A stretch of 63,909 nt of DNA, the filler included, from Octopus bimaculoides (taxonomy: Eukaryota): assembly GCF_001194135.2 (NCBI RefSeq). It is 5 parts of 4 records of this genome, joined end to end, with 100 filler letters (N's around TTAATTAATTAA, not from the genome) between each part and the next. Parts side by side here need not be neighbours in the genome. Positions count along the whole stretch, not along the records: positions 1 to 27,904 come from NC_068991.1; 4 more parts are not named here. One strand, given 5' to 3'. Numbering within the stretch: position 1 is the first letter of the stretch; each line of letters begins with the position of its first letter. The position numbers and the translations under genes were made by a program. This document shows positions 13,360 through 25,384 of this stretch, piece by piece. The notes under the pieces were generated by a model. That model saw only the letters and a list, made by a program, of their open reading frames with translations, ran no database searches and was not told the origin of the DNA.

Positions 13360-13804
13360 TATATGTATGGCAAATGAAAAAGGGAAGATGGAATATACGA
13401 GAATTTATTATTAATCACGACAGTTGTTTCGACACATCCAGTATTGATTGCTCATGGGTGGAATAGTCAACAACTGTTCCAGGAACATCCTTTTCTCGCT
13501 GGATTGCGCGTTCGTTTCTCTTTTTGACATCTGCGATTTTATGTTTGACCTTTTGAATATTTCCTCCGTTTAGCTGCTTTACTTTCTACAAAATGGGAAG
13601 TTACAATGTGGAACAATTATTTTAACGAGTTGTATTTATTTACCACCCGACGAGATATATCTGCACCGCCGGATGCTCCTGAACCAGTTGTTGAGTGTCC
13701 CACCCGTGAGGAATCGATGCTAGATGTGTCGAAACAAGTGTCGTGTTTGATAATAATAAATTCTCGTATATTCGATCTTCCGTCTTTCCTTTGCCATATA
13801 CATA
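13360..13804. repeat. Long imperfect inverted repeat, arms about 130 bp (MITE/foldback-like)
   Basis: 13360-13490 aligns with the reverse complement of 13671-13804, e.g. GAAGAT(G/C)GAATATACGAGAATTTATTATTA and TTGTTTCGACACATC. Confidence 0.85.
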
Positions 13805-14110
13805 ACGATCACTGTGAAAGCGACCGTGCTTTACCAGTAAGCTATCAGTTGTAAACCATTCGTTTTATTATGTGTGTGTGTGACACAGAGAGAGAAATAA
13901 AATTTTAATTCGTCTTTAGTTCGCCCAAGGTTATAGTAGGAGACGCCCAATATGCTTCCCAAGATACACAGATATAGACTTACATGTCTACCTTCCAATC
14001 CGCATACATACATATATACATACATATACACACACGCACATATTGTATATTTCCAATTGCCTGGCACTTTATTCACTTTATTCACTTTACTATTATGGTG
14101 CAATACATAT

Positions 14111-14208
<98 letters not shown>

Positions 14209-14654
14209 GTGTGTGTGTGTGTGAATTTTCAGCTAACCCACAACTAAATTAATATTTTATTTTTCTTTTATATTGCATAGCCCAACACATTAACGAGGCC
14301 GTCAATTGTGTCTCTAGTCTCGAAGACATTAAGTCGACTATAAACTCATTTTATTACACAGACGAATAATGAACTAATCAGAAGGTGTTTTATTAGGTTT
14401 ATAACTCCGACATATCTGTCGTACACCGTTCATATTTATGTATACGATTAATTCAGAATATAGAGCTACAAGCATTAATGTGCCCCAAGTACCTACAGTG
14501 TAAAAGGCTTATACGCAGTGTTATTGCAATTTAGATGGTTTATATATTTCGAAATATTTAGTTGTCAGAAACGTGTCCAAGCGACACGAATTATTTGACA
14601 TTGCCATGGTCAGTAGCTTATGTGAATATTAGAAACGTGCGTTCATTTGCTCAC

Positions 14655-14775
14655 CGGGCAAAATGTTTAACGGTATTTCGTTCGTGTTTACGTTCTGAAT
14701 ACAAATTCTGTCGAGATCCATTTTGCCTCTCAGTCTTTCCAGATTCATTAAATAAGTACCAATTGCTTACTAGAG
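14655..14775 (+). mobile_element. SINE family A fragment
   Basis: CCGGGCAAAATGTTTAACGGTATTTCGTTCGTGTTTACGTTCTGAATACAAATTC. Confidence 0.7.
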
Positions 14776-15904
14776 CTGAGGCGATGTAACCAACTTGCTC
14801 CTTCCGGCCGAATTTCTGGCTTAATAGCTGTAGTGGAATGGAATATTAGAAATGCACGTGACTCAAGAGAGATAAACTAATGGCTACCTGTTGGTGGATG
14901 TACTATTTTCGTTTGCTCTCCTTCTCTCCTTCTCTTTCCTCTCATTCTGTCTATCAATCTACCTTACCATCCCTCTTTGTTTTTCTATCTACCTTTCTTT
15001 CCCTCTCTAAATTTTGCTCCCTACTTCCCTCTCTCTTTCTATCTTACTACCCACATCTTTCTCTGTCTCCCTCTCTCTGTTTCTTTCTCTGTGTGTGTCT
15101 CTCTCTCCTCTTCTCTCTCTCTCTCTCTCTCTCTCTTTATGCCTGGCTATGCATGTATGGTTTATAATGTAGCAAGTAGACCATAAGTCAAAATGATTGC
15201 TCAATACATAAGTAATGTTTATTTGTTTTAATATATATCAATATCTACTCAAATGTTAAAATTAATATTTGATTTAAATAATCGCTTTATTTATGAATGG
15301 AGGACGAATATACAACGCTGTGACGATAATGATCAATCAAATTCGCTTACATAAGCAATAATTTGTGAGGGAGACGTGTGCAGATAAAGGTTTCTATGAG
15401 AGCATCAGAAGGAAACAGATCGTCCATATATGAGAATATATATTCATAATATAGCAATCAGATATGCTCAGATTAAATACGGTACAGGACCGAACATTTA
15501 AACATTACAGTGTCTATTTTGTGACGGATGGAACGAAATACTTAATATGAAATTCATTATAAATACAGAATCACTAAAATATTTTGGTAAAATAAAGTGA
15601 TTGTATAAACGTCTATTTGTTATAGAGAGAAGCGTAGTTATCCTGATAAAACCATCCATTCATTTAGGGTCTCATGAAATAAAGCGGGGAAAATAAACCT
15701 ATAACTCTAAGTGTTTGCCACAACGTAAGGAAATGAGTCTTTAGACTACATCAAAGTGGCGCGAAGTAGAAGTAGGAATCAAGATTATTTAAATAATTAA
15801 AAAAAGTAGATGATTGGAATAGACATCTGAGTAATTAAGCAGTATGTCCTAATAATATTATATTTGCAATTAACGAAATATAATAATTCCAATCGCACAG
15901 AAGA

Positions 15905-16075
15905 CATTAGAGACGAGTGTGAAGGATGTTGTGTCGTTGACGTTTCTAATAATCGCGTTATTGGGTCATTCTTCTTCGATGAATCAATAGTATCCTACTC
16001 ATTGTATACAGGCAACAGAAAAAAAACAAACAACTGCATATTATTTTTTACAAGATGATGCAACACTACAAAGAA
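15905..16075 (+). mobile_element. Very old Tc1/mariner transposase relic
   Basis: Frame-broken peptides NNRVIGSFFFDE and FLQDDAT resemble the IIGPFFF and FQQDGA motifs of Tc1/mariner DDD/E domains. Confidence 0.35.
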
Positions 16076-16171
16076 CCTCCATGTGTCATTGCATGGGATA
16101 TTCCAAGACAGCTGTGGATGCTGACTTCACTAACCGGTTGCATCTGTTGACATCGCATTATTTTATTCATC

Positions 16172-16355
16172 TTAAGGCGGCGAAATACTTAGCGGTATTT
16201 TGTCTGTCTTTACGCTCTGAGTTCAAATTTCGCCGAGGCCGACTTTTCTTTCATCATTTCGAGGTCGATAGATTAAGTACCCGTTGCATACTTGGTTCGA
16301 TCTATTCGACTGGACTCCTCCCCCATGAATTTCGGGCCTTGTGCCTAGAGGACAA
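16172..16355 (+). mobile_element. SINE family A with an internal deletion in the head
   Basis: AAGGCGGCGA joined directly to AATACTTAGCGGTATTT; the rest matches consensus. Confidence 0.8.
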
Positions 16356-16824
16356 ATGATTATTTTATTCAACTTAGTTTCATTTGAATATATTTTGCTT
16401 CTGTTTTTTTTTTTTTTTTCAGAATATTTCGCTAAAGTCGAGTATATAGCATGGTGGTTATAGACATTAATGATTTAAAATAATCTAAAAGTAAGAATCA
16501 CTACGGCTATTTAACGGCGAAATTTAAAAGGGAAGTGTTTGGCGTATCGATTAAGTGATGAGCGAATCACTAATGCTGCATATATGCAATGATTGTAGCG
16601 CTAGCACTTTAATGTAAAAGAACTTCGTAAAAACATGTTGGATAACGTTATTTAATGGGGGTTTTTTGTATGGCATAAATTTTATTAAATGATGACAATG
16701 TGCACATGATGTTTCGGCAACTCGTATATGTGTTACATGCGTGTATGTGTGTGTATGCGTGTGCATAACACAAACACTCATGCATACATACATATGTTCT
16801 CATATGCATAAATTCAAATAAATA

Positions 16825-16856
<32 letters not shown>

Positions 16857-16858
16857 CG

Positions 16859-16898
<40 letters not shown>

Positions 16899-17160
16899 TA
16901 TATATAAATACGTATATGTANNNNNNNNNNNNNNNNNNNNNNNNNNNNNNNNNNNNNNNNNNNNNNNNNNNNNNNNNNNNNNNNNNNNNNNNNNNNNNNN
17001 NNNNNNNNNNNNNNNNNNNNNNNNNNNNNNNNNNNNNNNNNNNNNNNNNNNNNNNNNNNNNNNNNNNNNNNNNNNNNNNNNNNNNNNNNNNNNNNNNNNN
17101 NNNNNNNNNNNNNNNNNNNNNNNNNNNNNNNNNNNNNNNNNNNNNNNNNNNNNNNNNNNN

Positions 17161-17203
<43 letters not shown>

Positions 17204-17230
17204 GCATACATGAATACATACATACATACA

Positions 17231-17261
<31 letters not shown>

Positions 17262-18044
17262 GTATACGAAGACTTGAGTGAATTTCTGTCTCAAAACTAT
17301 AGTAATTTCTTTGTCAGTGTATATAACAAGATGTTTATTAACTAATATTATATTGCTTGTATTATCAAGTGTAACAAATGCCTAATATTGTATCTATAGA
17401 ATGACGTACCTAATTTTGTTATGTCTCTTCTGATTTTTCTCCATTTTTATCAGTTCCGATTTTGCAAAGCGATTTATCAACGCCATTATTAATTTTAAAG
17501 CTTAAATTTGAACCAAATTAAATTTGAACAAAATTCTCTTAATCAATTTAAAATGATGGTTGTTAATGTAGTATCGACATTTTTTTTTTTGCAACTAGGT
17601 CTGAATCACACTGTCGTGTATATACTTTGTAAACACATTAATAAATTTTTGTTTTAGAATATTAACAAAAAGTGACATGTGAAAGCTCAAAAATATTTGT
17701 TTCCTATGCTAATAGAAAGCATGGCAGTGAATTTAGCAACGCAGTATTTGGGTCGAAAGTGAAATTATAATCATTATATAATATTTCGTTATGTAATTAA
17801 TTTACTATTAAATTACCATGTGTTAGAATCTCACTATATACATTTACAGCAAAAATTAGATCCGATGAATTTGCAGGGAAGAAATTACTGGAGAACGATG
17901 TGCATATATGTAAAGTTTGATCAAATATCTGGAGTCACAGTTATATTCGAAGTATGATAGGAAATAATCTCATAGACTGAAATATCTTCTATAGCTTTTA
18001 AGAAAAAACGAACACGTCAGAATGATTTAATTATTTACTGAATA

Positions 18045-18395
18045 GAGTATGGCATCCGTGCTATCCGACCACTACAAAAATCGAACTCAGTGCACATAGT
18101 AACATTACGTCACAATTTCTTTGCCTCAACCGGTCCAACTCTCTCTAATACCATACCAAAATACGTCAAAACGGAAACAGATCCCATAAAATTCAAACGT
18201 TCACTGAACAAATTTCTTCAAAAAATCCCGGACCAACCTCCTACACCCGGTTATGTCTCCAACAATAATAACTCTTTGCTAGAGTGGGCTATGGTGCCCC
18301 ATATGTGACTAAAAGATTTCACCAGGTGGTGCTATTAAGTTAGACATGGCTTGGGGCTATACTGGCCGAAACCTATCAAAGTTATCAAAGTTTTA
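18045..18395 (+). mobile_element. CR1/L2-group LINE 3' end (ORF2 C-terminus and 3'UTR)
   Basis: LRHNFFASTGPTLSNTIPKYVKTETDPIKFKRSLNKFLQKIPDQP resembles CR1-group ORF2 C-termini; ends in a repeated TATCAAAGT tail. Confidence 0.75.
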
Positions 18396-18870
18396 TATAT
18401 ATATATATATAAAACTTATATAGATAACTTAAATATGTTTCGACCAAAGATTGGTGCAGGCCATATCTAACTTAATGGCACCACCTTATAGGACTATCTA
18501 AATTCTTCTTAAGTTNNNNNNNNNNNNNNNNNNNNNNNNNNNNNNNNNNNNNNNNNNNNNNNNNNNNNNNNNNNNNNNNNNNNNNNNNNNNNNNNNNNNN
18601 NNNNNNNNNNNNNNNNNNNNNNNNNNNNNNNNNNNNNNNNNNNNNNNNNNNNNNNNNNNNNNNNNNNNNNNNNNNNNNNNNNNNNNNNNNNNNNNNNNNN
18701 NNNNNNNNNNNNNNNNNNNNNNNNNNNNNNNNNNNNNNNNNNNNNNNNNNNNNNNNNNNNNNNNNNNNNNNNNNNNNNNNNNNNNNNNNNNNNNNNNNNN
18801 NNNNNNNNNNNNNNNNNNNNNNNNNNNNNNNNNNNNNNNNNNNNNNNNNNNNNNNNNNNNNNNNNNNNNN

Positions 18871-18903
<33 letters not shown>

Positions 18904-19948
18904 TATAGCATTTATATATATGTATGCAAGTATATATGAATATGTGCGTTTATATATGTATATACATTAGCTGGAATTGAGAGTTTAAGATTTTCGAGTT
19001 CTGGATTGATATCGGAAGCCATTTCAGTCTGAGAGGACTTGCCAATAACAGTTTCTCTGGAGCTTTTCATTATAATCTTCCTTTTATCTTAAAAAGAGGT
19101 TTATCCCATAACATTATAGGATCACTTAACAATCTTGTAGTGCTGTTCAATATCTTTATCTTTGCTTTTCATTCATTTACAGCCTTTTACATTTTGTTTA
19201 ACTTCTAACTTAAATTAATTAAAATTTTCTAACACTTATCTCATAAATCGAGAAAATGGTTAAATACACGCAGACGTCAACTTACGTCGGACTTCGGTTC
19301 CAAGATGTAGCACCAAGGCTGATGCAACACGGGATAAAAAAATACACAATTAAAAATGCATTTAAATTAGCTAAAAAGTATAAAATGCTATAATTGGAAC
19401 AGTCAGTCGGGGCATCGTGTAGAACAAAAGCACGAATTTATAAGTAATAAGCATAAAAATACGTGCTTGAATTTTCTGGTACGAACTCCACCGCTCTTTC
19501 ATACTGGAAAGCTGAAACTATTGGTCTGCAAATTGATGTAAGTGGAAAAAGAACTTGCTGTCTTTTATCTGCGTTGAACATATATTCACGTGTATTTTAT
19601 TTTATTATTTTTTGAATATGTTCGCTGAGGCCGACACAAATTCGAAAAAAATAAACCACGTAGAATCGAAAAAGACGTAATGCGAAAGTTGAGGTATGTC
19701 TGTATAATTAAAACTAAAATATGATAAAATGAAATTGCAAAACATGAAGATCAATTGTCTTAATTATTGTAGGATCAATAATTAGAATATCGATTACATA
19801 GTATGATATGTATAGTACAATTTGGCTAGAGACATTTTATTTGTAACTTGGTTTTAAAACCATTGCTTTGTTTCCATAAATATAACATGAATGTTTTGAT
19901 TGCTAAATTTGTATTATTAATTCGTATCTCTACAACCACCAACTTACA

Positions 19949-20155
19949 GAATCGTTAGCAGCATGGTCAGAATACTTGGCTGCATTTCAGACGTTTTTAC
20001 GTTTTGAGTTCAAATTCCACCGAGGTCGACTTTCTCTTTCATTCTTTTTTTTTTTCTTTCTGGATCCGTAAAATAATTACCAGTTGAACACTGGGATCGA
20101 TGTAATCAATTTAGCCTCACCTTCGAAACTGGCCTCCTACCAAACTTTGAAACTC
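19949..20155 (+). mobile_element. SINE family A, decayed
   Basis: TTTACGTTTTGAGTTCAAATTCCACCGAGGTCGACTTT. Confidence 0.75.
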
Positions 20156-20296
20156 ATATAAATTCTTATGCTACAAACCCCGCTATCGAATATTAAAATT
20201 TTAGGAATACTTTGAAATCCCGAACAAGAGTTACAATTGAAGTATGTGGGTGCCAATGTCTGTCTATATATATATATATATATATATATACATACA

Positions 20297-20390
<94 letters not shown>

Positions 20391-20727
20391 TGTTTTGAGA
20401 AAGAAGATTGATTAGAAATTCTCACACAATATAGAGGTTTGGACTTAGAAGTACTCGGAAGTAATTTGAGACGTCAGATACAAATATGTAATGTGAAGAA
20501 ACAAAAGACCTGGTAATTCAATCTGCAAACATGACTCCGATTAGAGATGGATTTAAAGGACAATTGTACATGAGAGATTAAAATATATATAAATACACAA
20601 AGATTTTATTCTAAAATCTATTAGTAAATAGATATATTAAAATATATATGTGTAAAGTAATGGATTTTAAAGAATCTCCGGATGCAGATAAAAAAAACGT
20701 TAAGACATATTAATGTAGGTAAAAATA

Positions 20728-20941
20728 TTCTTTTCTACTCTAGGCACAAGGCCCGAAATTTTGGGGGAGGGGGCCAGTTGATTTGGTCGATCCCAGTGTG
20801 CAACTAGTATTTAATTTATCGACCCTTAAAGGATGAAAGGCAAAGTCGAGCTCGGCGGAATTTGAACTCAGAACGTAAAGACATACGAAACACCACTAAG
20901 CATTTCGCCCGACGTGCTAACGATTCTGCCAGAACACCGCC
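20728..20941 (-). mobile_element. SINE family A, near consensus
   Basis: Reverse complement matches array unit 45157-45375 along its length. Confidence 0.85.
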
Positions 20942-21017
20942 AGAAAATCTGAAGTGGTGATGGAGACGAACTAAAAGATACGATGAGGATCGAAGTTAAA
21001 ACTCGGAATATATGTAT

Positions 21018-21159
21018 GTAGGTGCTGGAGTGGCTGTGTGATAAATAGCTTGCTCACTAATCACATGGTTCTGGGCTAAATCCCACTGCGTGGCTCCTTG
21101 GGCCGACCAGAACCTTGTGAGTAGATTTGGTAGACGGAAACTGAAAGAAGCCCGTTGTG

Positions 21160-21160
<1 letters not shown>
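21018..21160 (+). mobile_element. SINE family B 5' half followed by (TG)n
   Basis: GGAGTGGCTGTGTG..CCCACTGCGTGG..GGTAGACGGAAACTGAAAGAAGCCCG. Confidence 0.8.
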
Positions 21161-21231
<71 letters not shown>

Positions 21232-22049
21232 GGACACGAGTCTTTCGATAGATAGATAGACTTTCTAGATTGTAGTTTGAAATGCAATCGAAGTATGAAG
21301 ACTACAATAATCAAATTAGGATTAAAGATTCTACGATAATCTAATATTGTTAAGAAAGATTGTAAGATGCATTTGGCTTTCCGTTGCAATGTTTCAGATT
21401 AGATGAATATATTATGTGTCCTAAACCAAAACCTAATGCGTTCGATGGGGCATTTGGTTTGTTGTATTCATTTATAAATCATTAAGCTTCGAAACCACCA
21501 ATTTAAATTAATATGATTATGCTAAAATAATGAATTCCGTTTCAGTTTGATAGTGTGATATTTTAAAAAGCTATCGCATTAAATCCGAAGACACCAATAA
21601 TTAAATTTATTGCATAGTATTTAATGTCCAAGTAAGTGATGCAAATGCATCGAAATATATGCTTGTAGGGACATGGTTTTAAGGTAATAACATGATATAT
21701 GCCATAAATATTAGGGAAATAAATTGATTAAATAAATTGCATAATCATTAGAAATTGTAAAAAAAAATTTTAATATACAGATGTATGTCACATTGGTTTT
21801 AAGTTTTGACTCAAGACCAGTCATTTCAGGGGCGGGGTAAGTCGATTTACATGGTAATACTATCAGACCCCGTGACTGTCAACATGTAATTTTTGAGGAT
21901 TAAAGCAATGCAACGTTGGCAATGTTTCCATATTGCGTGCCAAAATTTCAGAATTAAAGTGAAACAATAACATCTATATTGTAACGTGATACATTGTTTC
22001 ACTTTTATATATATAAGCTATACCATTTTAATCCCAAGCAATGCCAGGT

Positions 22050-22620
22050 ATCTCTGCTAGTATTTAACAATATCCTTGACTTCGAATAAAGAAAAACTAT
22101 TAGCACGCTTTTAATTGCACTCCAAATCTTATATGCTTTCCTTCGATCTTTGTTACTATTGTTTTGTCTCCAGAATGTAGCCGTAAACCCGACTTCCAGC
22201 ATTTGTGATGATCTTGAGCAAGAGACTCCTCGTCAGCTTTCGTATATAGCTCACACTATATGTCAAGACATCGCTGCTTTTAGTCACCGATTTTCAAGTC
22301 TTCCGTGAGAACCACCTGGAAGATTCAATAACCAGTTTTTATCTTATCAGTGAACCAATGCTTTGTTTTGTGAAGTTTCTTTGGATGAGTTCATAAATCT
22401 TACTACATTTTCTGAAATTTTGCTAATAATTGGTTGCCACTGAACGTTCATCGTGTTGCGTCTACAGTCGAGTGCTTGTCCTCGAAGCCAGCGTGACACT
22501 CAGAACAGAAATCAGTTTTCAATTTAAAGAATGTTCGGTAAAAGACTGACAAGAAAGTTTGATAATTTCGGTAGCAGATTTCCCCGGCTACATGCCAGGC
22601 TCAACTCAAGACGCTACTCT
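22050..22620 (-). mobile_element. Decayed mariner transposase
   Basis: Minus-strand fragments in the expected order: PGKSATEII, CHAGFEDK, HDERS, QVVLTEDLK, KSVLIVFLYSK. These resemble mariner LGKSATET, WHARFKDG, DDERSGRP, ILTEDL and KVMLIVFFD. Confidence 0.6.
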
Positions 22621-24023
22621 AACGTGTCAAATGTTGTGAAAGAAAAAAGGAAAAGAAACAGTGTCCACACGACACGCTTCAAAACAACTATCCACTCAAT
22701 CACACGCGAACCCCTTGGAGGTAAGCGGCAAGTGTGCTTTTGTTGAAAGATATTTGTACAAGATTCCATGCAGGGGGTCCGAATTCACACACCTTGCTTG
22801 TGAAGCTAATCACCGCGAAACTCCTCTTTTTATGTCTAAGCATGAATAGGTAAGTTTGTGTGTGTGCGTGAGTGTGTGAGAATATGTGTGTGTGTGTGTG
22901 TAACTTGAATTTGCATGACAAATTTTGAAGCAGCAACTCTGCAAAACTTTAAATTGGTATAAAATATTTATAAAAAATATTATGAATGAAATTCTAAAAT
23001 TCTGTTTACAACTTATTTCTGGTTTTCCATAAATATTCCAAAAGAAATTTATATCTGAAAATTTTAAAATCAAACGTTATTCACCAATTCTTGAAATACG
23101 AAGAAAAATCAATAAATTCGTCCTACTCTTCGTTGACTTTGATAATGATTCAACCATTAATAAAAGTATTTACTCGTTTTAAAAACAAAATAATTAATAC
23201 TTATTCCATCTAAAAGGAAAGATAAGATGTCTTTGTGTGGACGTTTCTGGAATGCATTGATAACAATTATCTATGTTCAAGATTAATATTTAAAAACACT
23301 TATACATATAGATAAACAATAGACATCATACACAGAATATTTGACTGAATATCATCCCTGTGTAAAGAAATTCTTGATATTCTGTATTTCCGTGACGTAA
23401 ATTTATCATGGTGGATATTTTTTTCTATCTTATTCGTTATCCGTTCTTATTGCTTTCCATGTATTCCATTTGCATTGCTTCCTTCAATATCCAGTTTCTT
23501 ACATGAATTCTTTAAAGTAATTTATCAACATGAAACATGAATCTTGCTGCGAAACAAAGCTCTGGCTGAGGTCGTTTGTGCAATTTTGATGATTGAAAAT
23601 AATTTATCAAATTGAAACATAAATCTCACACTTACGAACGAGGTTTAGCTACTCAGTTCATATTAGCAACGTTTCGTCAATAACAATATAACTCTTTCAT
23701 TAAAGGAAACGTGAGAAATATATTACCTCCTTCAACAGTAAATTACTTGTCGTAATTGCCAAGACGTTCGCTTAGGAAGTCATTTGCTATCTTCCTAATA
23801 TAATTAGCTTTCAGGATGCAACTTTTCACTATAAATACATACAACGAATAAATAAAACGGAAAAGGGTTGCGCGTTTAGCTTTAAAATAGTATTTTCTTT
23901 TGTTTTTCCACATTTACAATCGATTTGCTTCTAGGTTCAAAAATAAAGGTCGCTAGTTCGAATCCCATGTTGAGTAATTAAAAAATTTGTCGACCAAAAC
24001 AGCTTATAATCATATTGTATTGT

Positions 24024-24345
24024 GAAGGCGTGGTGGATTAGTGGTTAGGGCATTCAGCTCATGATCGTAAGGTGGCGAGTTCAATTCCCGGCGATGCGTT
24101 GTGCCCTTGAGCAATACATTTTATTTTCACGTTGCTCCAGTCCACTCAGTTGGCAAAAATGAGTAGTACTTGTATTTCAAATGGCCAGCCTTGTCACACA
24201 GTGTCACGCTGAATCTCACTGAGAACTACGTTCAGGGTACACATGTCTGTGGAGTGCTCAGCCACTTGCACGTTAATTTCACGAGCAAGCTGTTCCGTTG
24301 ATCGGATCAGCTAGGACACTCGTCGTCGTAACCGACGGAGTGCTC
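24024..24345 (+). mobile_element. SINE family C-related copy
   Basis: tRNA-like head GGCGTGGTGGATTAGTGGTTAG..GAGTTCAATTCCCGG; body shared with 7494-7873. Confidence 0.85.
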
Positions 24346-24599
24346 CTTTATCATTTTAGTGTAGACGAAAATATTTTAGAATGTTACATCTCTAAAGATT
24401 AGGTTAATAGTTTGCGGAGTAATAATCTTAGCGATTTATCTAAGACATTTAGACATTTAATTTCTTTAGCACTCATCTTTCAACCATTTTCTGGTCGCGG
24501 CACGTAACAAAGAAAGTAGCAAACTTTTCAGTTATCTCAGTAAACATGACTTTTATGTTCAGTTACTGCTGCATCACTTTACTTCCAAATCATGTTCTT

Positions 24600-25140
24600 T
24601 GAAAACTTTTAGCAGTCACATATATCAAATCGGTTTTGTATAAAGTTATTTTAGCTGTTTTCGAGAATTCTCATGACTCTGTCACCAACCAGTTGCATTA
24701 TAATGAATTTGAAATGCAGGCTTCAGTCATAATGAGTCTTTCCTTAGCTGATTACACAGCCATGGACGCCAACTCTGTGGATACGTTGCTGTTACTCTCT
24801 TGATGGAGCTTCGTGATACTTACTGTTGATCTTCGAGGATTCATTTTCTCAGCATCGATGTAAGAAGCACCATTGGCTCAGTTGAGCTCTTTCTTCACTT
24901 CCGCGGTGCTGCAGTCCTGTGACTTCACCGTATCCCTGGCAGGGTGGCTGAAAGGGTGCTATGTTTTGCCAAAGGGCAGCACGAGATTATGCTGGGCACG
25001 GTTGTGACTCCTTGGAGTATTTTCAAAATACCCGCATACCCAAGATAGAGTTAATCGCCAGTTGGATGCCCCATAAATCATTTACGTTGCTCGCGCAATC
25101 GCTGAACACAAATTGTTTCACAAGTTCATCAAGGGATGAC
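24600..25140 (-). mobile_element. Old RTE-like LINE relic (RT C-terminal region)
   Basis: Minus-strand FVFSDCA resembles LFADDCAL; SQPCP, STLS and AEVKK follow in RTE order; heavily decayed. Confidence 0.4.
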
Positions 25141-25339
25141 TACATAGGACTTGATTTTCATTGCATTCTCTCCAAATTCACAAGGCAATTTTCATTCAAA
25201 ACTTCAAACAAAAAATAGTTTGCATGCGCCAGGGAGCTGTAGCAACTGGGATATAAATATCACAAATGACTGTTATGCATGAAAACAACTCAAATCAGGA
25301 GCTCCGAAATATATATGAGATTGTTGCTATATGTATATG

Positions 25340-25384
<45 letters not shown>

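Noticed and set aside
15346-15430. Minus-strand MDDLFPSDALIETFICTRLPHKLLL ending at GTAAG as a first coding exon
   Set aside because: No recognisable homology and no partner exon; cannot be told from chance.
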